Source of the DNA: the human T2T-CHM13v2.0 reference genome, Homo sapiens
Assembly: GCF_009914755.1 (NCBI RefSeq)
Contig: NC_060937.1
Strand: one strand, 5' to 3'
Length of the DNA stretch: 64,000 bases
Shown: positions 62,090 to 64,000 of the stretch, in pieces
How positions within the stretch are numbered: the first letter of the stretch is position 1
Layout: each line of letters opens with the position of its first letter
Made by a program: the position numbers and the translations under genes
The notes under the pieces: generated by a model
Told to the model about the DNA's origin: nothing
What the model saw: only the letters and a program-made list of their open reading frames with translations
Databases searched by the model: none

Positions 62090-63830
62090 CCCTCTCCCTC
62101 TCCCTCTCCCCACGGTCTCCCTCTCCCTCTCCCCACAGTCTCCCTCTCCCTCTCCCCACGGTCTCCCTCTAATGCCGAGCCGAAGCTGGACTGTACTGCT
62201 GCCATCTCGGCTCACTGCAACCTCCCTGCCTGATTCTCCTGCCTCAGCCTGCCGAGTGCCTGCGATTGCAGGCGCACACCGCCACGCCTGACTGGTTTTT
62301 GTATTTTTTTGGTGGAGACGGGGTTTCGCTGTGTTGGCCGGGCTGGTCTCCAGCTCCTAACCGCGAGTGATCTGCCAGCCTCGGCCTCCCGAGGTGCCAG
62401 GATTGCAGACGGAGTCTCGTTCACTCAGTGCTCAATGTTGCCCAGGCTGGAGTGCAGTGGCATGATCTCGGCTAGCTACAACCTCCACCTCCCAGCCGCC
62501 TGCCTTGGCCTCCCAAAGTGCCGAGATTGCAGCCTCTGCCCAGCCGCCACCCCGTCTGGGAAGTGAGGAGCGTCTCTGCCTGGCCGCCCATCGTCTGGGA
62601 TGTGAGGAGCCCCTCTGCCCGGCTGCCCAGTCTGGGAAGTGAGGAGCGCCTCTTCCCGGCTGCCATCCCGTCTAGGAAGCGAGGAGCATCTCTGCCCGGC
62701 CGCCCATCGTCTGAGATGTGGGGAGCGCCTCTGCCCAGACGCCCCGTCTGGGATGTGAGGAGCGCCTCTGCCCGGCCACGACTCCGTCTGTGAGGTGAGG
62801 AGCGTCTCTGCCCAGCCACCCCGTCTGAGAAGTGAGGAGCCCCTCCACCCGGCAGCCGCCCCATCTGAGAAGTGAGGAGCCCCTCCGCCCAGCAGCCGCC
62901 CCGTCTGTGAAGTGAGGAGCCCCTCCGCCCGGCAGTCGCCCCGTCTGGGAAGTCAGGAGCATCTCCGCCCGGCAGACGCCCCATCCGGGAGGGAGGTGGG
63001 GGGCAGCCCCCGCCCGGCCAGCCTCCCCGTCCGGGAGGGAGGTGGGGGGCAGCCCCCGCCCGGCCAGCCGCCTCGTCCGGGAGGGAGGTGGAGGGCAGCC
63101 CCCGCCCGGCCAGCCGCCCCGTCGCGGAGGGAGGAGGGGGGGCGCCTCCGCCCGGCCATCGCCCCGTCTGGGAGGTGGGGGGTGCCTCTGCCCAGCCGCC
63201 CCTGCTGGGAAGTGAGGAGCCCCTCTGCCCGGCCACCACTCCGTCTGGGAAGTGTACCCAACAGCTCATCGAGAACGGGCCATGATGATGATGGCGGTTT
63301 TGTGGAATAGAAAAGGGGGAAATGTGGGGAAAAGATAGAGAAATCAGATTGTTGCTGTGTCTGTGTAGAAAGAAGTAGACATAGGAGACTCCATTTTTGT
63401 TCTGTACTAAGAAAGATTCTTCTGCCTTGGGATGCTGTTGATCTATGACCTTGCCCCCAACCCTGTGCTCTCTGAAACATGTGCTGTGTCCACTCAGGGT
63501 TAAATGGATTAAGGGCGGTGCAAGATGTGCTTTGTTAAACAGATGCTTGAAGGCTGCATGCTCGTTAAGAGTCATCACCACTCCCTAATCTCAAGTACCC
63601 AGGGACACAAACACTGCGGTAGGCCGCAGGGTCCTCTGCCTAGGAAAACCAGAGACCTTTGTTCACTTGTTTATCTGCTGACCTTCCCTCCACTATTGTC
63701 CTATGACCCTGCCAAATCCCCCTCTGCGAGAAACACCCAAGAATGATCAATAAAAAAAATAAAATTAAATTAAAAAAATAAATAAATAAAGTTTACACCA
63801 AGGCTGGCTTAAAAAAAAAAAAAAAAAAAA
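62090..63830 (+). mobile_element. Full-length SVA retrotransposon (probably SVA_B/C), antisense to KPNA3 intron 1
   Basis: CCCTCT head, antisense Alu-like domain (~62172-62540), GC-rich VNTR (~62540-63260), SINE-R (~63260-63750), AATAAA 63749, two A-rich tails. Confidence 0.97.
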
Positions 63831-64000
63831 GACGAGGAGAGGTCGGTCAAGTTGAACCTAAGAGGGAAGTCATAAAAAGTAATTAAGTGAAATGAAAACT
63901 ATGAAGGTAGCTGCCTATTTCATACTGGGAACAAATTAAGTCCTGACCCCTGATGCCAGGTTGGAGAGTTAAACCTAAATTAACACTTAGGTTATACAAC

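Noticed and set aside
62540-63260. CRISPR-like repeat-spacer array
   Set aside because: Degenerate tandem SVA VNTR units without unique spacers; eukaryotic context and no cas genes
62472-63581. 369-aa ORF and overlapping GC-rich ORFs
   Set aside because: They lie wholly in the SVA VNTR/SINE-R; long stop-free frames are expected in this GC-rich repeat

Overview
Primate genomic DNA, almost certainly human or another hominid. It holds coding exons 2-17 and the ~2.5 kb 3'UTR of KPNA3 (karyopherin alpha 3 / importin alpha-4) on the minus strand; exon 1 lies beyond the right edge. I located 16 exons by hand, all with GT-AG boundaries. They splice into a continuous 1497-nt frame from [15 protein letters not shown] to TKEFNF-stop. 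Introns are dense in transposons: ~50 Alu/FAM/FLAM copies, old L1M and CR1 fossils, a short L1PA 3' end, a full-length dead HSMAR2 mariner, hAT MITEs, MaLR/ERVL LTRs and a full-length SVA with a probable 20-nt 3' transduction. The least expected signal is a set of locally templated rearrangement scars: a ~230-bp non-Alu inverted duplication inside an L1, a 115-bp Alu patch copied from an Alu ~0.9 kb away, an Alu micro-inversion, and an older ~110-bp local copy inside another L1. I found no evidence of a novel protein-coding system. Repeat subfamily calls are from remembered consensus sequences, and repeat boundaries are approximate unless a TSD is given.
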